Part shown: one piece after another, positions 50,936 to 59,622 of the stretch
Position numbering within the stretch: the first letter of the stretch is position 1
How the letters are laid out: each line of letters begins with the position of its first letter
From: a virus
IMG/VR virus record: IMGVR_UViG_3300045988_053091
Length of the DNA stretch: 64,000 nucleotides
Reading direction: 5' to 3' (one strand)
Notes under the pieces: model-generated
What the model was told of the DNA's origin: nothing
Seen by the model: only the letters and a program-made list of their open reading frames with translations
Database searches by the model: none
Program-made: the position numbers and the translations under genes

Positions 50936-51786
50936 GCAATGAGTCTTTAGTAGGAAAATGGATGTGTGCAAGTGATGCGGATATAGAAGTTTGGAGAGCC
51001 TGTTCTTATTTCGACACCAAAGAAGATGCTATCCATGCAGGTAAACTAGCCGTAGATGCCGTTAGAAATGGGAAAACTTTTGTAGAGGAAATCTGGGAAC
51101 ATGTAGAGGACATTTTAGGTTTTCTTCCAGAAGAACCAATCAACAGTTTTGTAGTTGGAAGGGTGGCTCCAGTTTACCTTCCTGTAGATATTGAGTCATT
51201 ATTGGAACGAACCCAAGAAATCGTCTATGATGAAGTCGGAGAAGTTGCAGATGACTATTGTCTAACAGATGAGATCCCAGAGGAAAAACAAGAGGAGCTA
51301 TGTTCTTTAATTAGCAACTGGTTTGCTAAGAATGGGTATGACTGCCCCTTCACTAAAATCACTAATATTGAACCTGTGTATGTTTCAGGAGAAGATTCCT
51401 TGGTTTTAGTTGGTGTGCGAGTAGATGTTAGACCATCAGAAGTAATCGAAGGGGACTTTACATGTACCACTCGTGTAATGAAAGTCCGAGAAGAAGACTT
51501 GAAAATTACCGAGAAACAGATTGAAAACCGTAGTAAAGAGCCAGACTATCTGTTTAAAACTCGTGTATTAAAGAGTGAGTTAGACTTACCTATTTGGGCA
51601 TTTTGTAAAGATAACATTACTATGTATGCTCTAGTAAAAGAACCAATTGTAAACTTAAAAGTTTCTGAATTTGAAAGTAACATTAAAACGTTGCTAGCTT
51701 TTCATTATACCGAACAAGCTAACATGTTTAACAATAAAATCAAATTGCTAAAACTAGGGAAAGAGATTGGAGTGGGTTTGCAGTGA
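50932..51786 (+). CDS. hypothetical protein
   Basis: ORF track 284 aa. Confidence 0.6.
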   Translation: MSNESLVGKWMCASDADIEVWRACSYFDTKEDAIHAGKLAVDAVRNGKTFVEEIWEHVEDILGFLPEEPINSFVVGRVAPVYLPVDIESLLERTQEIVYDEVGEVADDYCLTDEIPEEKQEELCSLISNWFAKNGYDCPFTKITNIEPVYVSGEDSLVLVGVRVDVRPSEVIEGDFTCTTRVMKVREEDLKITEKQIENRSKEPDYLFKTRVLKSELDLPIWAFCKDNITMYALVKEPIVNLKVSEFESNIKTLLAFHYTEQANMFNNKIKLLKLGKEIGVGLQ

Positions 51787-51882
51787 TGTCAGCAGAAGAT
51801 GCCCGCATATTAGAGCAGATAGAGAAAGCTAAGGAAGCCTCTTTTAAAAATGAGGGACTACAATTTGTAGGAGGGGTACAAA

Positions 51883-52467
51883 ATGCCACTTGTTGATGAA
51901 AAACATTTCGATTTTATGAAGTTTGTAGAAGCTCAGCATAATTTAAATATGCGAGGTGTACATGAAGTTGTTCCATTTGATTACTTCCCATTTAAAGCGG
52001 GTGACATTGTTGAGTACATTGGAGCAGGAGTAGATAAAAGTTTTGAAGATACGGAGGCACCTCTAGTTAAGGGAAGAAAATACGTTATCGCTGAGGCTAA
52101 GTACAAATATGAGGGGAAGCACTCATGGTATCCAAATAGTCCACTCATTTATCTTTATATTGACCGTCCAGATGAAATAGAAAAAGCGAGCGCAGAAAGC
52201 TTACTGCGAAAATCAGGAGCAAGTGTAAGGGCAAGTTACTTTAATATTAGACCTGTACCTACAAAATTAGACATTGACTTAAATAAACTAGACCCAGACC
52301 AACTTATCAGATATGTTGAGTTGATAACTGAATATAAAAAAATACTCAATGCCAGAGTACAGCAAGAACGTATTGAACGTGAACTATGCCAGTTATTTGG
52401 TGCAACAACACCTAAAGACGTTGATGACGTTTTTAATCTTATTAAAAAGAAAACGGGGGAAGAATGA
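51883..52467 (+). CDS. hypothetical protein
   Basis: ORF track 194 aa; GGAGGGG RBS. Confidence 0.6.
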   Translation: MPLVDEKHFDFMKFVEAQHNLNMRGVHEVVPFDYFPFKAGDIVEYIGAGVDKSFEDTEAPLVKGRKYVIAEAKYKYEGKHSWYPNSPLIYLYIDRPDEIEKASAESLLRKSGASVRASYFNIRPVPTKLDIDLNKLDPDQLIRYVELITEYKKILNARVQQERIERELCQLFGATTPKDVDDVFNLIKKKTGEE

Positions 52468-53207
52468 TGGGATGTTTCGGTTATATTTGTCCAGTATGTA
52501 ATACACAGATTGTGGGTGACTGCTTTAACGGTGGGGAACTTTGTCGGTTAAAACATATCAGACAGGGAAAGTTAATTGGAGAAACGGTTGGACATTACAA
52601 TGAATATGGTGGTGTCACGGAAGATAAGGACTATAGAGGGGAAGACTATACAGTAGACGGTGCGCCAAACCCTAATAGCCATTCTGAAATATGTGATTCA
52701 GAGTTTGGTAGGGCGGATTCTCACCATTTTGGTTCTAACAAGATACTTCCAAGTGGAGATATTTTATCTACAAGTTACTTATCTTTATTCGGTATCTCAT
52801 CAGGGGATGCGAAGTATCAATTAGTAGAGTATTTACAAAATGGTATTGATGTTGACCCGATAGCTAAAAACTATGCTAAAAGACTAACTAAAGCAGTCAA
52901 GTATCTTGAATTACAAAGAAAAAATTTTTATGATGCCCCTAGTGAGGAAAACATTGCAAATGCACGTAAAGCAGAATGCGATGTGTATGTCCTAGTCGAT
53001 AACGATGAAGATGAAGACTATAAAAAGTTTAGGGAAGCCATGTGGGAATTGATTAGTGTGTTACCTGTTGCTCAGGGAAGTTCTGGAACTATTGCAGTAC
53101 ACGAGAAGTGCTATCAGAGCTTATCTAAGGAAGAACAGGATAAGCTACCTTTTAGCTTATCAGACCCAGACCAAAGTTGGGGAGAAGTAAGAGAAGAATT
53201 TGTTTAA
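52464..53207 (+). CDS. hypothetical Cys-rich protein
   Basis: ORF track 247 aa; N-terminal CPVC..C..C. Confidence 0.6.
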   Translation: MMGCFGYICPVCNTQIVGDCFNGGELCRLKHIRQGKLIGETVGHYNEYGGVTEDKDYRGEDYTVDGAPNPNSHSEICDSEFGRADSHHFGSNKILPSGDILSTSYLSLFGISSGDAKYQLVEYLQNGIDVDPIAKNYAKRLTKAVKYLELQRKNFYDAPSEENIANARKAECDVYVLVDNDEDEDYKKFREAMWELISVLPVAQGSSGTIAVHEKCYQSLSKEEQDKLPFSLSDPDQSWGEVREEFV

Positions 53208-53295
53208 AAAAGTATAGCAAGTAGTGTAAAAACTGCTTGCTTCTTTTTATCTTACATGATATGCTTTAAGTATAGAAAACAAGGAGGTACTTGTA

Positions 53296-53484
53296 ATGGA
53301 ATTTGAAGCTACACCATTTACACGTAAATTAGAAGAACTAACTACAGAAGAACTATTTGCTTATGCTAAGTATAAAAAACAGCGTGAACACCATGCAAAG
53401 CTAGCTCAGGAACAACAAGAGATTATACAGAGACTAGATGAAAAGATGAAGAAAGTATTAGTGGGGGAGAAGACTGATGAATAA
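53296..53484 (+). CDS. hypothetical protein
   Basis: ORF track 62 aa; AAGGAGG RBS. Confidence 0.55.
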   Translation: MEFEATPFTRKLEELTTEELFAYAKYKKQREHHAKLAQEQQEIIQRLDEKMKKVLVGEKTDE

Positions 53485-53617
53485 CCTAATTGAACTTAAT
53501 GGTAAGTATACCGATGCGAAAATGTTTATTAACACGGTGGATGAAGGCACTATCGGTCAGGTTACAACAATGATTAATGAACCAGTAACAGACGGTGGCA
53601 TGGGGTGGGTTTGCTAG
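53477..53617 (+). pseudogene. N-terminal remnant (46 aa) of an RtcB-type RNA ligase gene
   Basis: MNNLIELNGKYTDAKMFINTVDEGTIGQVTTMINEPVTDGG matches the usual RtcB N-terminus up to just before the metal-binding MPDxH segment, then stops. Confidence 0.45.
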
Positions 53618-53712
53618 TCACCTTGTACTTACTACTTTGAATATTATAGGAATTTATATCTTAGGATATATTTTGTTTATTGGTAATGTAATTTTATTGG
53701 AGGTATACAAGA

Positions 53713-54135
53713 ATGATTGAATTAATTAAACATACTGTGGTCATTACAGAGGCTGAGCACCCAGAGGTAGACAGTGACGACCTAGATGTAATAATGGAAC
53801 ATGCTGATTTCCAAACGAGATATGAGCAACTATATTTACCAGAGGAATTTACTCACGAAAAAATTAAAACATATCTACAAGAACGTGACCTATCATTTGC
53901 TAAATACTACTACAATGTGCAGTTTTTAGCTAGTAAACCTGTTAAAGCCTATATAGCTGACGAACTCGTGGATGAATTAACTGAGGCTATAAAAGATAGT
54001 CTTAATGGTTACCACGTAGGGCATGGGACTTATTATGATAGACAATCAGACTGGACGTATAAATCTCCGACAGAAGAAGAGAAAGCTGAGACTGTTACAG
54101 AAATTCTTAAAGAGGTCGGACTATATGAAGAGTGA
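53713..54135 (+). CDS. hypothetical acidic protein
   Basis: ORF track 140 aa; GGAGG RBS. Confidence 0.6.
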   Translation: MIELIKHTVVITEAEHPEVDSDDLDVIMEHADFQTRYEQLYLPEEFTHEKIKTYLQERDLSFAKYYYNVQFLASKPVKAYIADELVDELTEAIKDSLNGYHVGHGTYYDRQSDWTYKSPTEEEKAETVTEILKEVGLYEE

Positions 54136-54289
54136 GTTATGTTGCGTTAACTGCGGGAAATTAGTAAGTGAATTAGACTGTGACTTCGATTACACCTTCG
54201 AAATCTGTTATAGCTGTATAGACAAAGACATAGAACTACAAGAAGACATGGCTATTTATGAAGAGCAAGAAAGGTACAGTGGTTCGTAA
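54125..54289 (+). CDS. small Zn-ribbon protein
   Basis: Start moved to ATG 54125 behind an AAGAGG RBS; CVNCG..CYSC. Confidence 0.5.
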   Translation: MKSELCCVNCGKLVSELDCDFDYTFEICYSCIDKDIELQEDMAIYEEQERYSGS

Positions 54290-54486
54290 TGAAAGAATTA
54301 CGCATTGTTAACAAGGTTTTCAGTATTGCAGAAGCTAGTAGCTTTATAAGAGAAGAACACCCCTACACTGTACGTTTGTATGAAGTGATAGATTACAATC
54401 CTTACGCTATTATAGGTAGGGACATTCACACACGTAAGGTAGAAGTGTTCCGTCCGCAACAAAATAGAAAGATTTCATGGGTATAG
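54289..54486 (+). CDS. hypothetical protein
   Basis: ORF track 65 aa; TAATG overlap. Confidence 0.55.
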   Translation: MKELRIVNKVFSIAEASSFIREEHPYTVRLYEVIDYNPYAIIGRDIHTRKVEVFRPQQNRKISWV

Positions 54487-54498
54487 GGGGAATTAATT

Positions 54499-55017
54499 AT
54501 GGCTATTGTGCCTTTTTGGGGACATATTGCTAAAAATCCAAACAAAATAGGAAAAGAGTGTTTATCACAATGGTATCCTGCATCATTCACCGCCTTAGAA
54601 GGTACCATATCTTTCTCTACATGCGAACATTTTATGATGTATAACAAAGCTATTTATTTTGGTGATTTTGAGACAGGAAGTAAGATATTACAAGTTGCTA
54701 CACCTAAAGAAGCAAAGGCATTAGGAAGACAAGTGAAGAACTTCGATGAGTCTGAATGGCAACTTGTTAGAGAACGCATTGTTTACTACGGAAATTTTTA
54801 TAAGTTTACGCAGAATAAGGAGCTATTGGACTTCCTGTTGAGCTTTCCGAAGGATACAGTATTTGTTGAAGCTAGCCCTTACGATAGAATTTGGGGTGTT
54901 GGACTAAAAGAGAATGACCTACGTATTAACTACCCAGAACAATGGCAGGGGCTAAACTTGTTAGGTAAAGCTCTTAGTAGAGTTCGAATGGACATAGACT
55001 TTTTAAGCGGAGAGTAA
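54499..55017 (+). CDS. NADAR (DUF1768/YbiA-like) domain protein
   Basis: FWGH....LSQWYP.SF....F.TCEHFMMY.KA..F.D......I....P.EAK.LGR.V..F....W......IV..GN..KF.QN..L...LL......VEASP.D.IWG.GL. Confidence 0.7.
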   Translation: MAIVPFWGHIAKNPNKIGKECLSQWYPASFTALEGTISFSTCEHFMMYNKAIYFGDFETGSKILQVATPKEAKALGRQVKNFDESEWQLVRERIVYYGNFYKFTQNKELLDFLLSFPKDTVFVEASPYDRIWGVGLKENDLRINYPEQWQGLNLLGKALSRVRMDIDFLSGE

Positions 55018-55084
55018 TACACTTTAAGTGTAAGCTACAGCTAATAGCTATTCTAGACATTACAGAGCCGGAGGTATTAAGTAA

Positions 55085-55318
55085 TTGAAACTAACACTTA
55101 GACAAGTTAGAGACATCTTATCAGTTGATGACTCTTTCCGAATTTATATTAAAGACTTTGACGGGGAACCTTATTGCGCAGAACAGTCGTGGTGTACGGA
55201 GTTTTACCCAAAAGATTTCCCAAAACAATTACTGGACTATGAAGTAGACTATATCACATATGACAGTGAAGACTACGGTGCTTGTATCTATATGTGTATT
55301 GTTCTAAAGGAGGGGTAA
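55085..55318 (+). CDS. hypothetical protein
   Basis: ORF track 77 aa; TTG start. Confidence 0.5.
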   Translation: MKLTLRQVRDILSVDDSFRIYIKDFDGEPYCAEQSWCTEFYPKDFPKQLLDYEVDYITYDSEDYGACIYMCIVLKEG

Positions 55319-55319
55319 C

Positions 55320-55547
55320 ATGATTTATATACACAAGCTAACAGGTGAACGTTACGAACTATTAGACACGGAGAAGACTCCATTATTTGTAGTGGACAAA
55401 GATGGAAACTCTCGTGAAGACGGGGAAGAAGTCACATACAAACTAAAACAGGTGACAGGTAGTAAAGAAGGAGAAATCACTTATGTAAACAAATGGGGAA
55501 TCTCCGACTTCTATCTACAAGACCCATTAAATACGGAGGAAAACTAA
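55320..55547 (+). CDS. hypothetical protein
   Basis: ORF track 75 aa. Confidence 0.6.
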   Translation: MIYIHKLTGERYELLDTEKTPLFVVDKDGNSREDGEEVTYKLKQVTGSKEGEITYVNKWGISDFYLQDPLNTEEN

Positions 55548-55772
55548 ATGAAGTATCACACAGAGTTATATGACGTTGTTCAAATAGTCCCGCATTTTGA
55601 TGCTGTATTTGGGGGATGTTTTGCTACAGTAACCGAAGTCAAAGACTGGGGTGTAGTTGCTTACGTATGCTCTCCGGGAGTGTTGGGAGTTAATTATAAG
55701 TATGTAAGGTTAAAAGAAAAGGAATATGTACCATTAAAGGCTAAAGCAAGATTTATATTGGGGGAAGACTAA
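55548..55772 (+). CDS. hypothetical protein
   Basis: ORF track 74 aa. Confidence 0.6.
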   Translation: MKYHTELYDVVQIVPHFDAVFGGCFATVTEVKDWGVVAYVCSPGVLGVNYKYVRLKEKEYVPLKAKARFILGED

Positions 55773-55997
55773 ATGAAGTATCTAATCTATGTTTTATTAA
55801 CAATCGAGGGGGCACTCCTCTTATTTGCTTCCTGTGCACTCGGATATGGCACATACTGGGAGTTAACAAATGAAGCAAGTAGACCTACGCCTTGGCTCGT
55901 TATTATACTATGCGCAGTCGGGATACTAGTGCTAATTGCTACATTTATTCTGCAAATAATCATTTTCAGACAAATAAACAGAATGGACAAATTTTAA
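55773..55997 (+). CDS. small two-TM membrane protein
   Basis: ORF track 74 aa. Confidence 0.6.
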   Translation: MKYLIYVLLTIEGALLLFASCALGYGTYWELTNEASRPTPWLVIILCAVGILVLIATFILQIIIFRQINRMDKF

Positions 55998-56010
55998 GGA
56001 GGAAAAACAA

Positions 56011-56421
56011 ATGGAAAACAAAAAACAAGAAAACTGGGAAGAACGCTTAGAAGGCGCAAAGTATATAGGGAAGATTATCATGCAAGGTAACCGAACTACT
56101 ATTACGCTTCAAGGTATCGTAGACGAAGAAAGCCTAATGGTTATTCTTGGAGGGTTCCATGCAGAAGAGATTTATTCCCATACAGAAGCAGATAACCTAT
56201 GGATGGGCATTCGAGCTAGTCACTTCGCTGTAGAAATTGGTACGATTGAGCATAATCTAGAGTACTTAGGGCTTGATGACTTAGGTGTTAAAGAATCCTT
56301 ACATCACGTAGAGGACGGTATCTACGAAGGAGAGTCCGCACAGTTCTGCTTGGTAACAGGGAACCATAAAGGTACTCGAGTTACTACTATATGGTTATTA
56401 AAAGACACACTTAAATTTTAG
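56011..56421 (+). CDS. hypothetical protein
   Basis: ORF track 136 aa; GGAGG RBS. Confidence 0.6.
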   Translation: MENKKQENWEERLEGAKYIGKIIMQGNRTTITLQGIVDEESLMVILGGFHAEEIYSHTEADNLWMGIRASHFAVEIGTIEHNLEYLGLDDLGVKESLHHVEDGIYEGESAQFCLVTGNHKGTRVTTIWLLKDTLKF

Positions 56422-56438
56422 TAGTTAGGAGCATTAGC

Positions 56439-56711
56439 ATGAAGAAACGATACAGATATTACACATATAGAGGGTTCGACATAAACCTTAAGGATGACAC
56501 CCTTATTAATGGCAAACCTTGTATACGTGTAATTGTGAGATATAGTGACACACAGGCAATCTATGATGAAGAAGTCTACTGGAGGGGAGAACCTATGGAT
56601 GTAGTCAAGGCTCTTGTCCAATCTTCATTAGAGGCGCACCTATATGACCTGTATGGGCATGAACCAGATTTTGTACCCTATGCAGAGGAAATGGTTGTAC
56701 GTAAGAATTAA
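56439..56711 (+). CDS. hypothetical protein
   Basis: ORF track 90 aa; AGGAG RBS. Confidence 0.6.
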   Translation: MKKRYRYYTYRGFDINLKDDTLINGKPCIRVIVRYSDTQAIYDEEVYWRGEPMDVVKALVQSSLEAHLYDLYGHEPDFVPYAEEMVVRKN

Positions 56712-56714
56712 TAA

Positions 56715-56749
56715 AAAGACCTCATCCCTATCAACGGGGTGGGGTCTTT
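56715..56749 (+). terminator. 14-bp hairpin, terminator-like
   Basis: AAAGACCTCATCCC/GGGGTGGGGTCTTT (two G.U); contains copy 1 of ACGGGGTGGGGT. Confidence 0.55.
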
Positions 56750-56766
56750 ATAAGGAGGAAAGCACT

Positions 56767-56979
56767 ATGGTAGAACAAGTAGTGATAGGTAAGGAATACA
56801 GGACAGTATTAGGACATGTAGTGCAGGTGGTCGGTGGAGATGTTTTAAACGGAGAAGTTAGCTCCCTAGAGGATGTCAGTGCTCCTAGGATAATGTTCTT
56901 GGAGTGTATCGTTCTAGAGGGTACGGGTGTGGGTGGTACTATGTATCTATTAAACACGCAGATAGAAGAAACCGACTAG
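56767..56979 (+). CDS. hypothetical protein (70 aa)
   Basis: Start moved to ATG 56767 behind a TAAGGAGG RBS; last plus-strand gene before the convergence zone. Confidence 0.55.
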   Translation: MVEQVVIGKEYRTVLGHVVQVVGGDVLNGEVSSLEDVSAPRIMFLECIVLEGTGVGGTMYLLNTQIEETD

Positions 56980-57171
56980 ATAAAACAACGGGGTGGGGTT
57001 AGTGTAAGGTGTTGACTTTTAGTGTTGACTTTCCAAATTTCTAGAAAAAATTTCTAGCTCCCAAAATTTATACCCGAGGGTGCGCCCTGCCCTGATAGCC
57101 CCGCCCCTAAATACGGTCGCAAAACCACGGGGTGGGGTTAACTGGTATATACCTATAGGACTGGTATAGTC

Positions 57172-57315
57172 CTATTCGGTTACCTCTTCAAGTTCTTCGA
57201 TTAGTCTTTGGAATGCTTGGTAAACTTCTTCCGAATAGTCTTCAATATCCATCAAATCATTTTGTAAGTTTTCTACCTCGTTCAGTAGTTTATTATATGC
57301 TTTGTTAGTTTCCAT
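57172..57315 (-). CDS. small acidic helical protein (47 aa), early cassette
   Basis: Not in the track. ATG 57315 lies behind the cassette leader (AGAGAGTG..) and promoter 57359-57387. Confidence 0.45.
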   Translation of the reverse strand: METNKAYNKLLNEVENLQNDLMDIEDYSEEVYQAFQRLIEELEEVTE

Positions 57316-57358
57316 TCTTAACACTCTCTTTCATTTGTTTTATTTATCTTACAAGTAT

Positions 57359-57387
57359 AGAATACCAAAGTCATTGCTTAATGTCAA
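57359..57387 (-). promoter_or_regulatory. early-cassette promoter
   Basis: Minus strand: TTGACA, 17-nt spacer, TATTCT. Confidence 0.55.
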
Positions 57388-57578
57388 TAAAAAAGACTAA
57401 ATGATTAGATAATAATTTTATAACCCGCTTTTAATACTGTACTAACCTTACAATCTGGCAAGCCTAGCACCTCCATAGCAAAGCCTGCTTTCCATGCTTC
57501 TTTACTCACTAGCCACCTAACGCCCCTATTTTCCACTGTAAGCACTTGTAAGCCCTCCTTAAGGTATTTATATGTAAA

Positions 57579-57602
57579 GCCCGTTAAAACCTCGCTACGG
57601 GC
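57579..57602 (-). terminator. 3' hairpin after early gene
   Basis: GCCCGT/ACGGGC stem, followed on the minus strand by TTTACATAT. Confidence 0.45.
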
Positions 57603-57618
57603 TTTGTATGCCGTTATA

Positions 57619-57927
57619 TTAGTATGCTTCTATGATTGTGTTTCTTTCTGTTAAGTATCTGCTAATGTCTGCTCCTAGTTGTTCCAATTCATACCTAACA
57701 ATTTCGCTAGTTGTGATATTCGTGTAGTTTTTTCCTTTGTGTAGTGTTTTAATATAAACATGCTTAAAATTATCTGTAATAGTGCTAGGCTTCTTGTCCT
57801 TGATAGCTTCTTTTAGTTTAGCATTGATATGGTTAAATAATTCCATAGGTATTTTTACCGTTTGCCGGTATATCGTCCCGTTTTCGTCCCAATCTTTTTG
57901 GTATGAAATAATTATTTTTTTATTCAT
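57619..57927 (-). CDS. hypothetical early protein
   Basis: ORF track 102 aa. Confidence 0.6.
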   Translation of the reverse strand: MNKKIIISYQKDWDENGTIYRQTVKIPMELFNHINAKLKEAIKDKKPSTITDNFKHVYIKTLHKGKNYTNITTSEIVRYELEQLGADISRYLTERNTIIEAY

Positions 57928-58117
57928 TTTTATCAGTCCCGCTTTCTGTAATTTCTGGCATTTGTCTTGCTACGTCTTGTAACGCAAGGTGTACCTGTTG
58001 TAATCGGTCTAGATGGTCAACAAACCATTGTGGCGGTCTCTTACATGCCGTTATGATTAGAGTAGTTTCGTTTATTTCTTCTTGAATAGCTTTCATTGCA
58101 ATTTTTATATTTTCCAT
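57920..58117 (-). CDS. hypothetical early protein
   Basis: ORF track 65 aa. Confidence 0.55.
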   Translation of the reverse strand: MENIKIAMKAIQEEINETTLIITACKRPPQWFVDHLDRLQQVHLALQDVARQMPEITESGTDKNE

Positions 58118-58144
58118 TTTTATTCAGTCCCCTTTTTTTTGTAA

Positions 58145-58166
58145 GTGAGGGGCTTTTCCCCCTCAC
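58145..58166 (-). terminator. 3' hairpin after early gene
   Basis: GTGAGGGG/CCCCTCAC stem, followed on the minus strand by TTACAAAAAAAAA. Confidence 0.45.
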
Positions 58167-58182
58167 TAGTATTATATTATTT

Positions 58183-58449
58183 TTATAGTTTTAACTCTGA
58201 TGATAGTTCTTTCTCGTTTGGATAGATAAGACTTACATTTTTATAAACAAATACTAATTCACTAAGTTCTTTACTTTCTAGTTCCTTGTTTGATATTTCT
58301 ACGCTGTAAGCTCCTTGCATGTAAGCAATCAAAACCGGATTCGGGTCTACTGTGTCCCCTCTAGTCAGTTCATAGCCTCCTAGCTCGTTGTATGCCTCTA
58401 ATGTAGCGCCCTTGGATTCTGCTAGTTTGATAAAGTCTTTTAGTTTCAT
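58183..58449 (-). CDS. hypothetical early protein
   Basis: ORF track 88 aa. Confidence 0.6.
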   Translation of the reverse strand: MKLKDFIKLAESKGATLEAYNELGGYELTRGDTVDPNPVLIAYMQGAYSVEISNKELESKELSELVFVYKNVSLIYPNEKELSSELKL

Positions 58450-58482
58450 TTTTATTAGTTCCCCTCTCTCTTATCTGTGTTA

Positions 58483-58511
58483 AGTATATCAAGTTTATCT
58501 CTTTTTGTCAA
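58483..58511 (-). promoter_or_regulatory. early-cassette promoter
   Basis: Minus strand: TTGACA, 17-nt spacer, TATACT. Confidence 0.65.
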
Positions 58512-58585
58512 TAGAAAAGTATAAATTTTTTTCTTTGTGTGGTCGTGCTCGTTTTCCTGTAAGGTTTAACCCTAACCACACTCTT

Positions 58586-58614
58586 ATATTATCATGTATG
58601 TTTTAACTTGTCAA
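58586..58614 (-). promoter_or_regulatory. second-type early promoter with no ORF directly downstream
   Basis: Minus strand: TTGACA-AGTTAAAACATACATGA-TAATAT; paralogue at 61470-61498. Confidence 0.5.
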
Positions 58615-59030
58615 GCATTAAACTCAACTTTTTTTGTTTTGTTTCTCGTCCGAATAAATGAAGCTCTCTTTTAACTATCTATACTATACCATGTATAGAG
58701 ATGAAATGCAAGTATAAATTATTAAATATTTCAATTTATTTTACGCTATTTTAAAGCATTCTAGCATAGTTCTGTTTATTTATGGATAATTATATATAAA
58801 TCTATGTAAAACCCCGCTACGGGCTTCCTGTGGCTTCCTATGGCTATTGTGTGCCCTCTAGCTTCCTGTTTGTGCTAGAATGATAGAAAAAACAGTGTGC
58901 GCCTCTATAAGCGGGTTCCGAAAAGCTCGACTTTTGAAAATCTGGGGCTTTTTGGTCTTTTTTGTTCTTTACTCCTTTTAGTTTAGGTCTTTGCTCCTTT
59001 TAGTTCTTTGTTAGTCTTTCCCCTCTCTCT

Positions 59031-59240
59031 CTATTCCTCTATAATAAGAAAAAAATAGTCTTCTGTTTCCTTGAGTACGGTTATAACATAAATAGGTATA
59101 ACGCTCCCCGCTTTATGATCGGTTATAAAGATTATATCCCCGTCTGATATTTCCCCCATAATATTATAATCACCGCCGCCCCACGTGTGACAAGTGTCTA
59201 TTTCTTTCTTGTCTAATTGAATAAGTTTAACTTCTTTCAT
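59031..59240 (-). CDS. hypothetical early protein
   Basis: ORF track 69 aa. Confidence 0.55.
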   Translation of the reverse strand: MKEVKLIQLDKKEIDTCHTWGGGDYNIMGEISDGDIIFITDHKAGSVIPIYVITVLKETEDYFFLIIEE

Positions 59241-59323
59241 TGTTTCCCCTCTCTCCCCTCTCTCTTATGTCTCTCTCTTTCCCTTTGCCTTTGTCTGTTC
59301 CCGTGCAGCCTATTCTTTCACGT

Positions 59324-59599
59324 TCATGTTAAAACTCCCAACTCTTTCAAGGCTTTTTTTACCGCTGTTTCGATATGCGCGTCGTTGTAGTCGTCGTTGT
59401 CCATAATATCCATACGTAATTCACTAGGTACACAAGCATAATAAACTTCAAAAATTAAGCGGGTCTCTACGTTTTTTATGTTACTTTCACCAGAAGCAAA
59501 TAGCTCCTCGAGTTGCTCCTTGTATGCTGTTATCTTTTCTACACCAAAAACAGACAACGATTCTTTAATTTTTTCATACTCTCTTTTTGTCATTTTCAT
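59324..59599 (-). CDS. hypothetical early protein
   Basis: ORF track 91 aa. Confidence 0.6.
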   Translation of the reverse strand: MKMTKREYEKIKESLSVFGVEKITAYKEQLEELFASGESNIKNVETRLIFEVYYACVPSELRMDIMDNDDYNDAHIETAVKKALKELGVLT

Positions 59600-59622
59600 T
59601 TTTATCAGTTCCTCTCTTTATC

